A stretch of 32,000 bases of DNA from Candidatus Atelocyanobacterium thalassa isolate ALOHA (GCF_000025125.1 NC_013771.1:540001-572000), one strand, 5' to 3'; positions 9,676 to 19,198 are shown, numbered from the stretch's first letter. Made by a program: numbers and translations. Notes: generated by a model from the letters alone, not told the origin.

Positions 9676-10515
9676 ATGTATTTCTTTAAGTATCAAGGTT
9701 TAGGTAATGATTTTATTTTAATTGATAATAGAAGTAGTTCTGAACTTTTGTTATCCTCTGGACAGATACTAAAAATGTGTAACCGTCATTTTGGAATTGG
9801 AGCTGATGGAGTTATTTTTCTTTTATCTGGAGATAAAGTTAGCGATTATGGCATGCATATTTTTAATTCTGATGGTTCAGAGCCAGAAATGTGCGGCAAT
9901 GGAATTCGCTGCCTAATAAGTTTTATCAGCAATTTAGAAAATTTTGAACAAACTAATAAAATCTATAGGATAAAGACATTAGCAGGTATTATAAAAGCCG
10001 AACTACAAACTCAAACACAAGTAAGAGTGGAAATGGGGACTCCTCTATTTTTAAATAAACAGATTCCTACAACTTTAAGCGATAAAGATAATACAGTTAT
10101 TAATTATCCATTAGAGATAGAGAAAAAAAATTGGTTAGTTACTTGTGTCAATATGGGTAATCCTCATTGTATTACATTTGTCGAAGATACTAACCTGATT
10201 AACTTGGAAAAATTAGGCCCACTATTTGAATATCATTCTGCTTTTCCAGAACGTATTAATACAGAATTTATTGAAATTGTACGTCCTAACCACTTAAAGA
10301 TGCGAGTTTGGGAAAGGGGAGCAGGGGCTACTCTTGCTTGTGGAACAGGTGCTTGTGCATCAGTAGTTGCTGGAGTTATAACTAATAGAGCTGAACGAGT
10401 ATGCACTGTTGAGTTGCCTGGAGGGAATCTTTTGATTGAGTGGGTAGAAGATAGTAATAAAGTATACATGACTGGTAGCGCAGAAAGAGTTTTTATAGGA
10501 GAATACAATCAATAA
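9676..10515 (+). CDS. dapF: Diaminopimelate epimerase
   Basis: FFKYQGLGNDFILID at the N-terminus. Two catalytic cysteine motifs: NSDGSEPEMCGNGIRC and ERGAGATLACGTGACA. 279 aa. Confidence 0.93.
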   Translation: MYFFKYQGLGNDFILIDNRSSSELLLSSGQILKMCNRHFGIGADGVIFLLSGDKVSDYGMHIFNSDGSEPEMCGNGIRCLISFISNLENFEQTNKIYRIKTLAGIIKAELQTQTQVRVEMGTPLFLNKQIPTTLSDKDNTVINYPLEIEKKNWLVTCVNMGNPHCITFVEDTNLINLEKLGPLFEYHSAFPERINTEFIEIVRPNHLKMRVWERGAGATLACGTGACASVVAGVITNRAERVCTVELPGGNLLIEWVEDSNKVYMTGSAERVFIGEYNQ

Positions 10516-10658
10516 ACTACATTCCATAAACCTAGTTAAATACTACTTAATAGAAAATTAAAATTATTATTATTTAATAAATTTTTATCAGAAAAGAAGT
10601 ATCTTTGTCTGCTCTTCCATAAATGAATATATAGAAAATAAAACTAATAATTTTAAAC

Positions 10659-11414
10659 ATGTTATTTATCAATTATTTTAAATTAATAATTATTATCTTT
10701 AGTGTATTTATGTCAAAATCATCTACATTGAGTGCGCAAGAGAATGAATTTATAAATTCTTTGTCTTCACCTCAAATTCATCCTTTACCAATCACTTTAA
10801 AGGAGTTAAACGATGAGATTTCTTTAGATAGTTATTTGGAGAAAGTTAAAAGTAATTCGATAGGATATCTTGTATGGTCTAGACTTCCAGTCAAAATTTA
10901 TATAGATGAAGAAAATCATACAAATAATTATAGAATATCTATTGAACAACTAAGAGTTAATCAATGGATCAGTACTGTTAAAAAAGCAATTTTTGAATGG
11001 AGTGCTTATTTGCCCATAGTAGAAATTTCCAATATCGAACTTGCAGAAATTGTTATTTCAAGAGCTGAACCACCGTTAAATACAGAGAATAATTCAAGCA
11101 ATAAGAATATAACTACAATAAAGGCAAAAACAGCACAAACTAGCTATAAATTTCATATTTGCAACAATATACTACTTCATCAAATGATGATACATATTAG
11201 TTCAAATTTAGGAGAAATTTCTACTTTATCTGCGGCACGACATGAAATTGGACATGGAATAGGTATTTGGGGACATAGCACGGACGAAAAAGATGCTCTT
11301 TATTACTCCTCAAATAAATTTCTTGCTCCCATATCTTTAAAAGATATTAATACATTAAGACAAGTATACAAAAGACCTACTCGGATAGGATGGAAGGTAT
11401 TTAATAGTGAATAA
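10659..11414 (+). CDS. Secreted metzincin/matrixin-like zinc metalloprotease (predicted)
   Basis: Signal-peptide-like N-terminus (hydrophobic stretch then SSTLSAQE). Extended zinc-binding motif HEIGHGIGIWGH (HExxHxxGxxH). The rest of the sequence is not recognisable. Confidence 0.6.
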   Translation: MLFINYFKLIIIIFSVFMSKSSTLSAQENEFINSLSSPQIHPLPITLKELNDEISLDSYLEKVKSNSIGYLVWSRLPVKIYIDEENHTNNYRISIEQLRVNQWISTVKKAIFEWSAYLPIVEISNIELAEIVISRAEPPLNTENNSSNKNITTIKAKTAQTSYKFHICNNILLHQMMIHISSNLGEISTLSAARHEIGHGIGIWGHSTDEKDALYYSSNKFLAPISLKDINTLRQVYKRPTRIGWKVFNSE

Positions 11415-11575
11415 TTAATTATAATGCAACTATAGGGTATGTATATTTTTTTATATAATAAAACTTCTAAAGCTTAAATATTAACGTAGATAATCTTTAC
11501 TCATGGAGTAATTAAATAATAAATTTAAGTTAATATCGGTGTAGAGTTACTATAAAAACTATTGTAATGACATTA

Positions 11576-12472
11576 TTAATTACACCAATTCGAGTTCCAT
11601 TCTGATTCTGCTTTTGCCTGAATATATTCTTTCTTAATTTTTTGATATTTTTTCTGTACTTGATTTAGTTTTTCAGTTTGCTGACTAATTTTTTTTCTTC
11701 TAAAGCTTAATTCAGAATCATTGAATTCAATATCGGATAGTTTTAAATGAAGCGTAGATATTTTTATAACGGAAGGTTCTTTAGAATTTTTTCCCCCTAA
11801 TTCTGATATCTTATTACTTGCATTTTCTTCTACTAGTAAATTAAGGATATTAGGATAACTTTCTGATAAAAATCTTTTGTCTTCAACTTTTGATCCTATT
11901 TCAAATAAATGAGATGTTGAATAGTTAGAAATAATTTTGTTCTGTTTTAATCTATTATTAATTTCTTGAGAAAAATTATTTAAAGTTATTTGAATTCCTT
12001 GTTCAATACCTCTACACCATTTAATTAAATCTTCAGGATTGATAATTTTATCTTCATCTTTATCATTTTTATCTAATTTATTTGTAAACGATAGTCTTTT
12101 TCTCTTATCTTGAAACTGTTTTATATTGTCTTTTTTATAAGGAAACAAATATTTTGATATTTCTCCCACCACTACCTCTGAAGATATAGGTTGCGGGACA
12201 GTCATATATGATAGAAATTGAAATTCAGAGCTTTTACATAGTTCTTTAATTTTTTCTTGTAGCTCTTTTCTCTGACTATTAGATAACTTTAAAAATAATT
12301 TAGGATAAATATGAGTACAAATTTGATAAACTGCTAATATTAATTGCTTATTTGATGTAGAACCTAATAATTTTAAGTAATCTTTATAAATGTTATTAAA
12401 TTCAAAAAAAAGCTGTGTTGACTTTTTTTCCAGCTCTTTTTTTTCTTGATTAATTCTTTGAAAAGATCTCAT
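11576..12472 (-). CDS. Hypothetical Lys/Glu/Asn-rich protein, probably partly coiled-coil
   Basis: A 298-codon ORF is very unlikely by chance in AT-rich DNA. Charged heptad-like segments occur at both ends (EKKELEKK..., QQTEKLNQVQKKYQKIKKEYIQAKAE). No TM and no recognisable motif. Confidence 0.55.
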   Translation of the reverse strand: MRSFQRINQEKKELEKKSTQLFFEFNNIYKDYLKLLGSTSNKQLILAVYQICTHIYPKLFLKLSNSQRKELQEKIKELCKSSEFQFLSYMTVPQPISSEVVVGEISKYLFPYKKDNIKQFQDKRKRLSFTNKLDKNDKDEDKIINPEDLIKWCRGIEQGIQITLNNFSQEINNRLKQNKIISNYSTSHLFEIGSKVEDKRFLSESYPNILNLLVEENASNKISELGGKNSKEPSVIKISTLHLKLSDIEFNDSELSFRRKKISQQTEKLNQVQKKYQKIKKEYIQAKAESEWNSNWCN

Positions 12473-12508
12473 AATATACTGAACATCATAAATTAATTTA
12501 AATATAAA

Positions 12509-12547
12509 AAAGACAAAAGCCAGGAATATTTACCTACTTTTGTCTTT
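12509..12547 (-). terminator. Intrinsic terminator candidate downstream of tsf
   Basis: The 11-bp stem aaagacaaaag (12509-12519) pairs with cttttgtcttt (12537-12547), with extra agg/cct pairing inside the loop. On the minus-strand RNA the stem is followed by UUUUAUAUUU. It lies about 85 nt after the tsf stop. Confidence 0.5.
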
Positions 12548-12631
12548 AACTATATCTTAGATAACCTACTTTCTTTTTACTTTTTTTCAAATATCAAGTT
12601 TTTATTTTGATAAAAGTTACTCTAGAAAAGA

Positions 12632-13297
12632 TTATCCTACGATTTGTCCTGTTTGCGCTGCAACTTCAGCGGCAAAATCAGTTTCATGTTTTTCAATCCC
12701 TTCTCCTAAAACAAAACGAGTAAAACGACGAACCTGAATATTTTCTCCAAGTTGTGAAATATTTTGCTTTAATAATTCCTCAACCGTAATACTAGAATCT
12801 TTAATAAAAGGTTGATCTAGAAGAGAAAGATCTTTTTTACGCTTCTCAATTCGTCCTTGGACTATTTTCTCTTTAATATTTTCGGGCTTATTTCCTAAAT
12901 CATCTCTCCCCATCTCAATTTCTATTTCTTTATTGACAATTGTCTGGGGAATATTGGCTTGATTAACATACTCAACATTAGGACAGGCAGCTATTTGCAT
13001 AGCAATATTCTGAACTAATTCTTTAAATTCATCTCTGCGTGCAACAAAATCTGTTTCACAATTAATTTCTACAAGAACTCCTATTCGACCTCCTGTATGT
13101 ATGTAGCTATGGACTAAGCCTTCTGCTGTTTGTCTGCCTGATTTTTTTTCAGCAGATGTAATTCCTTTTTGTCGCAACCATTCTGTTGCTTTTTCTATTT
13201 CACCTTGATTTTCCTGTAACGCTTTCTTGCAGTCCATCATGCCTGCACCAGTCTTTACGCGGAGTTCTTTAACTAGTTTTGCTGAAATTTCAACCAT
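12632..13297 (-). CDS. tsf: Translation elongation factor Ts
   Basis: N-terminal signature [24 protein letters not shown], then [22 protein letters not shown]. The short (221 aa) form is typical of cyanobacteria. It lies downstream of rpsB, the conserved rpsB-tsf order. Confidence 0.93.
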   Translation of the reverse strand: MVEISAKLVKELRVKTGAGMMDCKKALQENQGEIEKATEWLRQKGITSAEKKSGRQTAEGLVHSYIHTGGRIGVLVEINCETDFVARRDEFKELVQNIAMQIAACPNVEYVNQANIPQTIVNKEIEIEMGRDDLGNKPENIKEKIVQGRIEKRKKDLSLLDQPFIKDSSITVEELLKQNISQLGENIQVRRFTRFVLGEGIEKHETDFAAEVAAQTGQIVG

Positions 13298-13512
13298 TTT
13301 AATTCTTGTTTTTAATGTAAATAATCATGACATAAGAGAGGGTAACATTAAGGACAGCTTAAAAAGCTTTTTTGTATATGAAACAGATCAATTAGCTGAT
13401 TTACTTTCATATAAAGGTATCCTAAAATGTTGTTAGCTCAATCTTGAGTAAAAGCTTTGTGAAGTTAAGAAAATTAACGACTTTTATCTTTCGAGACATT
13501 ATTTAAAAAGAA

Positions 13513-14331
13513 TTAAGCCTGATTTTCCTTTTCTTCTATATTTTCACCTTCCAGACTAGATGATACAGAAGTACTTTCTTCAATTTTTTCAATATTATTT
13601 TCTATGAAACTTTCATCAGAAGTTTCATAGTCGTCATTTGCATTTACGCGACGATGAGATCCTTCATCTATAGCATCTGCTAGTTTTCCTAAAATTAACT
13701 TAATTGAACGAATTGCATCATCATTAGCTGGAATAGGAATATCAGCATAATCAGGATCGCAATTTGTATCTAATAAAGATATCATTGGAATTCCTAATTT
13801 TTGGCACTCTTGGATAGCATTATACTCACGTCGCTGATCCACAATAACAACAACATCAGGAGGTCGACGCATCGTTTTAATGCCTCCTAAATATTTTTGC
13901 AATTTGCCTAACTCTCTTCTTAATACAGCTCCTTCTTTTTTAGGACGTTTTTCAATTTGACCACTTTCTTCCATCGCTTCTAATTCTTTCAAGCGCTCAA
14001 CTCTAGTTTTAATGGTCTCCCAATTAGTGAGCATTCCGCCTAACCAACGTTGGTTAACATAATTAGCTCCACAACGAGATGCTTCTTGAGCAATAATTCC
14101 TGCTGCTTGTCTCTTGGTTCCTACAAATAAAAATCGTTTTCCTTTATCAGATCCATTACGGACATATTGATAAGCATCTTCCATTAACTGTGCAGTTTGC
14201 ACTAAATCGATAATATGAACTCCATTACGAGCTGTGTAGATATACTGAGACATTTTAGGATTCCAACGGCGGGTTTGATGTCCAAAATGTACTCCAGATT
14301 CTAGCAGTTCAGAGAGAGATACTACTGGCAT
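13513..14331 (-). CDS. rpsB: 30S ribosomal protein S2
   Basis: [27 protein letters not shown] and [12 protein letters not shown] motifs, with an acidic C-terminal tail. The AGGAG SD (complement of 14340-14344) lies 8 nt upstream of the ATG. Confidence 0.95.
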   Translation of the reverse strand: MPVVSLSELLESGVHFGHQTRRWNPKMSQYIYTARNGVHIIDLVQTAQLMEDAYQYVRNGSDKGKRFLFVGTKRQAAGIIAQEASRCGANYVNQRWLGGMLTNWETIKTRVERLKELEAMEESGQIEKRPKKEGAVLRRELGKLQKYLGGIKTMRRPPDVVVIVDQRREYNAIQECQKLGIPMISLLDTNCDPDYADIPIPANDDAIRSIKLILGKLADAIDEGSHRRVNANDDYETSDESFIENNIEKIEESTSVSSSLEGENIEEKENQA

Positions 14332-14552
14332 GATTTTTTCTCCTATTTCGGGTTATTCCTCCATTCAAGTGTATTTCTTTCCAGAAACACCCGAAGTCTC
14401 GAATGTGCGGTATTTTAACAACCTCTATAAATTAGCATAATTTTGTTCAATTTCAAACTTAAATAATTAATAGGAGATTTTTTTTATGGTAATTGGCTAA
14501 ATATTCAATATAGTTTTAGTATTTTACTTGAAGAAATTTTTTTACAACTAGC

Positions 14553-15761
14553 TTAAGATTCAGCAAACCAATAAAGTAAATATAATCCTATACCTAAGCC
14601 AATAGCATTTGGTAACCAAGCAGCCATAAATGGTGAAACAACACCTATTAAACCTAAACTACCAATTAAAAAGCCAAGAAGATAGTATATGAAAACAATT
14701 ACAACACTTAGTCCAAAACCCATTGCACGATTGATATACTGAGGGCTTGTACCCAGAGCAGAGCCAATTACCCCAAATACAATGCATATAAAAGGAAAAG
14801 CTATTTTTTGTTGAACTCTAACTTGAAAAGTACGAAGTTTTTGCTCATCTTCCATCACTCTCAGAATTTTCATATACTTTTGTGCTTGAAAAATATTCAT
14901 TTCATAAGGGTCACGACCTTCTTGAATAAATTCAAAAGCAGATTTGGCTAGAGGTAACTGTCTATGCTTAAAGGAATAGGTTCCTTGATAAGAAGAATCT
15001 GGAGCTAGTTGATAAATAGTTCCATTAAAAAAATCCCAAGTTTCATCTTGTGCATTCCATGCTGCTGAATCTGAAACAACAATACGATTTAATTTTTTTT
15101 CAAGCCATTCTAGTACTGTTAAAGTCTCAAGTTTTTGACCGTCAAATTTTTCTGCAAAAAATAAATGTTTTAGTTGTTTCTCAGTGCTTCCGTCAGGAAG
15201 CACTACCTTTTCATAATCAGGATAAAAAATATCTTTATTTTGCCAATAAGGTCGTTCTTCTTGGAGATGCTCAACTAATATACTAGTAACACGGTAATTA
15301 GCTGCTGGAACTATTAATTCACTAAATATAAAAGTTATCCCTGTCATTATCAAACTTATTATAAAAGCAGGCATAACCAGGCGATAAAGACTAGCTCCAC
15401 AAACTCGTAAAGCAATTAACTCACTATCACCGCTAAGACGTCCATAAGTTAATAAAGTACTTAACATCATGGAAATGGGTAAGGCATAAGCAGTAAATTC
15501 TGGAATTTTTAAGAATATAATTTCTAGTGCTTGTATTAAAGGTAAATCAGACTCTACTACTTTATTTGACAGGTCCGATAAATAACCAATAGCTACTCCA
15601 AGTATAGATACTAAGCCAACTGAAAAAGCCAGAGGTCCAATTAGTTGTGATAGGATATAGCGATCTATCAAATAAAAGGACCAACCATTCTTAACTGGTA
15701 ATGTTTTCAGAAAGTAACCTAAAAATTTAATAGCTCTTATAAATATTGTTTGTGGAGACAT
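14553..15761 (-). CDS. LptF/LptG (YjgP/YjgQ) family LPS export permease
   Basis: LIDRYILSQLIGPLAFSVG near the N-terminus. Three N-terminal TMs, a large periplasmic beta-domain, then three C-terminal TMs. 402 aa. I cannot distinguish LptF from LptG. Confidence 0.8.
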   Translation of the reverse strand: MSPQTIFIRAIKFLGYFLKTLPVKNGWSFYLIDRYILSQLIGPLAFSVGLVSILGVAIGYLSDLSNKVVESDLPLIQALEIIFLKIPEFTAYALPISMMLSTLLTYGRLSGDSELIALRVCGASLYRLVMPAFIISLIMTGITFIFSELIVPAANYRVTSILVEHLQEERPYWQNKDIFYPDYEKVVLPDGSTEKQLKHLFFAEKFDGQKLETLTVLEWLEKKLNRIVVSDSAAWNAQDETWDFFNGTIYQLAPDSSYQGTYSFKHRQLPLAKSAFEFIQEGRDPYEMNIFQAQKYMKILRVMEDEQKLRTFQVRVQQKIAFPFICIVFGVIGSALGTSPQYINRAMGFGLSVVIVFIYYLLGFLIGSLGLIGVVSPFMAAWLPNAIGLGIGLYLLYWFAES

Positions 15762-16171
15762 AATAAATATTATTTGAGAAGAAATTTAAGAGACTTTCAA
15801 AAGTTGATTTTCTCAAATTTAGTCCTTAACCTATTTTATGTGCATTGTATGTATTGAGACTGTGAATAATATTAACTATCTCAAAATTTTAGGAATGTTA
15901 ATGTATAAACTTATTTATAAGAAATATTTTATCGACTTTTAATAAAACTATAGTCAAATACAAATTTTATTTAAAAATCATATTACTATATTCTGTACGA
16001 TACAAAAATATCATTCTAATTTTTAAAGAAATACTATTACCTAATGAATTAAAAACCGAATAATTACACTTTATAAAAATAGTTTTTTTTACTAATTAGT
16101 ATAGGAATATATGGATTCATATTAACTTAATAACATTTTATTGAGCAAATAATTAATAAAATAATAGGAAG

Positions 16172-16211
16172 TAATATTGAGTTGATTCTTTGCTGAATTC
16201 ACTCAATATTA
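16172..16211 (-). terminator. Hairpin downstream of topA (weak terminator candidate)
   Basis: taatattgagt (16172-16182) pairs with actcaatatta (16201-16211), an 11-bp stem with an 18-nt loop. On the minus strand it is followed by CUUCCUAUUAUUUUAUU. It lies about 100 nt after the annotated topA stop and 20 nt after the out-of-frame TAG at 16231. Confidence 0.35.
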
Positions 16212-16248
16212 TTATCCCAATAATTTAAATCTAATCTTTTTTACTTTT

Positions 16249-16395
16249 CTTTGCTGCAGTTGATTTCTTTGCTGCAGTTGATTTCTTTGTTGCAGTTGAT
16301 TTTTCTATTTCAGTTGATTTTCTTGGCAGTTGCTTTCTTGGCAGTTGCTTTCTTGGCAGGTGTTTTCTTGGCAGGTGTTTTCTTGGCAGGTGTTT
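16249..16395. repeat. Tandem repeat array: four 18-nt units followed by five 15-nt units, spanning the topA stop codon
   Basis: 18-nt units at 16249-16266, 16267-16284 (both ctttgctgcagttgattt), 16285-16302 (ctttgttgcagttgattt) and 16303-16320 (ttctatttcagttgattt). 15-nt units at 16321-16335 and 16336-16350 (tcttggcagttgctt), then 16351-16365, 16366-16380 and 16381-16395 (tcttggcaggtgttt). Confidence 0.9.
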
Positions 16396-18931
16396 TCTTC
16401 AATAATAATTTTAATGCTTTTTCTAAAGTTATATCATCAATTTTATCTTTCTTAGATAAGCTTACATTTATTTTTTTATGATTTATATAAACACCATAAG
16501 GTCCTTCGTAGATATTAATAGGTTCATTATCTTCAGGATGAAGTCCTAACTCTTTTAGTGGTTTTTTTGTTCTTCTTCCTCTAGTAAGTTTTGGTTGAGA
16601 GAGTAGTTCAAGTGCTCTCTCAAAAGAGATAGTTAATAAATCATCTTCTTTTTTGAGCGATCTATAATCTTTCCCTTCTTTCCCTTGATCATGTACTACA
16701 TAAGATCCAAATCTTCCTATATTGACTTTAATACTAGCTTGAGTATCTGGATGAGTTCCTAATAAACGAGGTAATGCTAATAGGCCCAGTGCAATTTCTA
16801 AATTTACATCTTCGGGTTTAATACTTTTAGGAAGAGAAGTTCTCTTAGGCTTCTTATTTTCTTCTGTAATTTCTCCTAATTGGACATATGGTCCATAGCT
16901 ACCAATTAATAAATAAATAGGTTCACCAATATCAGGATGTAATCCAATTTTTTCTGGACCTTCAGTTTTTTGCTTTAATATTTTTGTTACTTGATCGATA
17001 TTTAAATCGGATGGAGTCAAGTCTGCGGGAATAGAAGCAGTTATTATTTTTTCATTTTGTTCTACTTCTATGTAAGGTCCAAACTTACCAATTTTAATTG
17101 TCGTATCTAAATTGTGAAGATTAATAGCTTTAGCTAAACTTGGATTTATTTCATCAGTACGAACTTTGACTTGAGTATCTAAACCTTTATCACCAAAGTA
17201 AAATTTTTCTAAGTAAGGAACTCTTAGTACTTCTCCTGTTGCAATTTCATCTAGAGCCTGTTCCATTTTTGAAGTAAACATAGGATCTACTAGTTCAGGA
17301 AAGTAGGTTTCTAACAAGCTAACAACAGCAAATGCTGTAAAAGTAGGAACTAAAGCCTTGCTCCTCATTTGGGAATAACCACGATCACATATGGTTCCAA
17401 TAATACTAGCATAGGTACTAGGACGGCCGATTCCTTCTTTCTCTAATATTTTTACTAGAGACGCTTCAGTATAACGGGCAGGAGGCTGGGTTTTATGACT
17501 TATAGCATCTACTTGCTCGCATTTGAGGTGTTCACCTTCTTGAAGATATGGAAGTATGATTTCTTGATTTTCTAATGCTATTTCAGGGTTATCTGATCCT
17601 TCAACATAGGCACGAAAAAATCCTGGAAAATCTATACGTTTTCCATAAGCTCGAAATTCTGCATTTTCTACTGCTATAATTACTGAAACTTGTGTTAGTT
17701 GAGCATCAGCCATTTGACATGCTACAGTCCGCTTCCAAATAAGATCATAAAGAGAAAGTCTTTGATCCGTTAATCCTGTTTCCTTAGGTATAAGGAAAAT
17801 ATTGCCTGCTGGACGAATTGCTTCATGAGCTTCTTGCGCTCCTTTGCTTACAGTAGTATATTTGCGCGGATGTGGACTTAAAAATTCTTCCCCATACTTC
17901 TTCTTCACACATTTTCTAGCTGCATTGATAGCTTCACTAGATAAATTTACTGAATCTGTTCGCATATATGTAATATAACCTTCCTCATATAGCTTCTGAG
18001 CTATTCGCATAGTATCTCGTGCTGAAATACCCAGTTTCCGATTAGATTCTTGCTGTAAAGTTGAAGTTGTAAAAGGAGGAAAGGGCTTGTTACTTACCTT
18101 CTTTTCTTCAACCTTGACTACATTCCATGTCTTATTTGTATCTTTTAATTGTTCTTTTAGAATATTAGCTTCTTGCTCATCAAGGAGAATAATATTTCGA
18201 TTGCCAGCTAAGCCACCAGTTTTAGGATCAAAGTCTGAACCTATAGCAATTTTTTTTCCAGAAATACTTATTAATTTAGCTTCAAAAAAGATTTCTTCTT
18301 TTTTTAGTAAGACTTTTAGATTCCAATATTCACCAGATTGAAAACTAAGACGCTCTCGTTCTTTTTGGACTAATAAACGTACTGCTACTGACTGTACCCT
18401 ACCAGCAGATAATCCCCAAGCAATTTTTTTCCATAGTAAAGGGGAAAGTGTATAGCCATATAAACGATCTAGTACACGCCTTGTTTCTTGAGCATGAACT
18501 AAGTTTTCATTAATATCACGACAGTTTTCTAAAGATTCTTGAATTGCATCTTTAGTAATTTCATGAAAAACCATACGCTTAATAGGTACTTTAGGTTTTA
18601 AGATTTGTAGTAGATGCCAACTAATACTTTCTCCTTCTCTATCTTCATCTGTAGCTAATATCAACTCATCCACACTTTTTAGAGCTGTTTTTAACCCTTG
18701 AACTACTTTCTTTTTATCTTTCGGAATAACATAAATAGGATCGAAATTATTTTCTACATCAACGCCTAAGTTAGCCCAGCTTTTACCTTTATAAGAAGCA
18801 GGAATCTCACTTGCTGAGGCTGGAAGATCTCGTATGTGGCCCATGGAAGCTTCAACCTGATATTCACTAGGCAAAAAGTTTCTTATCGTACGAGCTTTAG
18901 TAGGTGATTCAACAATAACAAGAGTTGACAT
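16310..18931 (-). CDS. topA: DNA topoisomerase I (type IA)
   Basis: Toprim N-terminus LVIVESPTKARTI, DEDREGE, and the active-site tyrosine region GYITYMRTDS. The C-terminal repeats of the GPYG/GRFG/GKFGPY type look Zn-less as far as I can see. The tail is KKTPAKKTPAKKTPAKKATAKKATAKK. Confidence 0.95.
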   Translation of the reverse strand: MSTLVIVESPTKARTIRNFLPSEYQVEASMGHIRDLPASASEIPASYKGKSWANLGVDVENNFDPIYVIPKDKKKVVQGLKTALKSVDELILATDEDREGESISWHLLQILKPKVPIKRMVFHEITKDAIQESLENCRDINENLVHAQETRRVLDRLYGYTLSPLLWKKIAWGLSAGRVQSVAVRLLVQKERERLSFQSGEYWNLKVLLKKEEIFFEAKLISISGKKIAIGSDFDPKTGGLAGNRNIILLDEQEANILKEQLKDTNKTWNVVKVEEKKVSNKPFPPFTTSTLQQESNRKLGISARDTMRIAQKLYEEGYITYMRTDSVNLSSEAINAARKCVKKKYGEEFLSPHPRKYTTVSKGAQEAHEAIRPAGNIFLIPKETGLTDQRLSLYDLIWKRTVACQMADAQLTQVSVIIAVENAEFRAYGKRIDFPGFFRAYVEGSDNPEIALENQEIILPYLQEGEHLKCEQVDAISHKTQPPARYTEASLVKILEKEGIGRPSTYASIIGTICDRGYSQMRSKALVPTFTAFAVVSLLETYFPELVDPMFTSKMEQALDEIATGEVLRVPYLEKFYFGDKGLDTQVKVRTDEINPSLAKAINLHNLDTTIKIGKFGPYIEVEQNEKIITASIPADLTPSDLNIDQVTKILKQKTEGPEKIGLHPDIGEPIYLLIGSYGPYVQLGEITEENKKPKRTSLPKSIKPEDVNLEIALGLLALPRLLGTHPDTQASIKVNIGRFGSYVVHDQGKEGKDYRSLKKEDDLLTISFERALELLSQPKLTRGRRTKKPLKELGLHPEDNEPINIYEGPYGVYINHKKINVSLSKKDKIDDITLEKALKLLLKKTPAKKTPAKKTPAKKATAKKATAKKIN

Positions 18932-19198
18932 AATCGTTTTTTAATAATCAAACAGATTTAGTAAGCAAATAGGATTTCTTAAAATTAAGTTTAGTTATAA
19001 CTTATTCCAAAGAATAAGTTTAACTAATAGAAATTACTAAGTTTATATGTAAACATGATTTTTAATCTTAAAAAAAAGTTACTCTTAAATTCCTTCATAA
19101 TTACTTTATACATCTAATAAAAATTTATTAATTAGATACTTAGTTAGTCTAATGGAAATTCTATTAAAACATTATAGGCGTAGTCAAGTTATGACTTT

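Noticed and set aside
10233-10508. 91-aa ORF on the - strand
   Set aside because: Antisense within the 3' part of dapF. Shadow ORF.
13227-13436. 69-aa ORF on the + strand
   Set aside because: It begins antisense to the tsf N-terminus and runs into the rpsB-tsf spacer. There is no SD and no recognisable product, and it would conflict with the conserved rpsB-tsf operon.
15050-15286. 78-aa ORF on the + strand
   Set aside because: Antisense inside the LptF/G-type permease gene.
16249-16395. Possible CRISPR array, because of the regularly spaced direct repeats
   Set aside because: The units are 15 and 18 nt, directly abutting with no spacers. Half of them are in-frame coding sequence of topA, and there are no cas genes nearby.
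16251-16481. 76-aa ORF on the + strand (MLQLISLLQLISLL...)
   Set aside because: It is the antisense translation of the topA tandem repeats. Its periodic Leu/Phe-rich sequence is an artefact of the repeat, and it overlaps the well-supported topA 3' end.
18087-18341. 84-aa ORF on the + strand
   Set aside because: Antisense inside topA.
18666-18674. DnaA-box-like TCATCCACA (and a similar TGTGGACAA near 4735)
   Set aside because: They are single, mismatched, inside coding sequence and not clustered. There is no evidence for an origin.
18999-19020. 9-bp hairpin aacttattc/gaataagtt between ribF and topA
   Set aside because: It is a short AT-rich stem with no T-run on either strand, and it lies 180 nt from the ribF stop. 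Stems of this size are expected by chance at this base composition.
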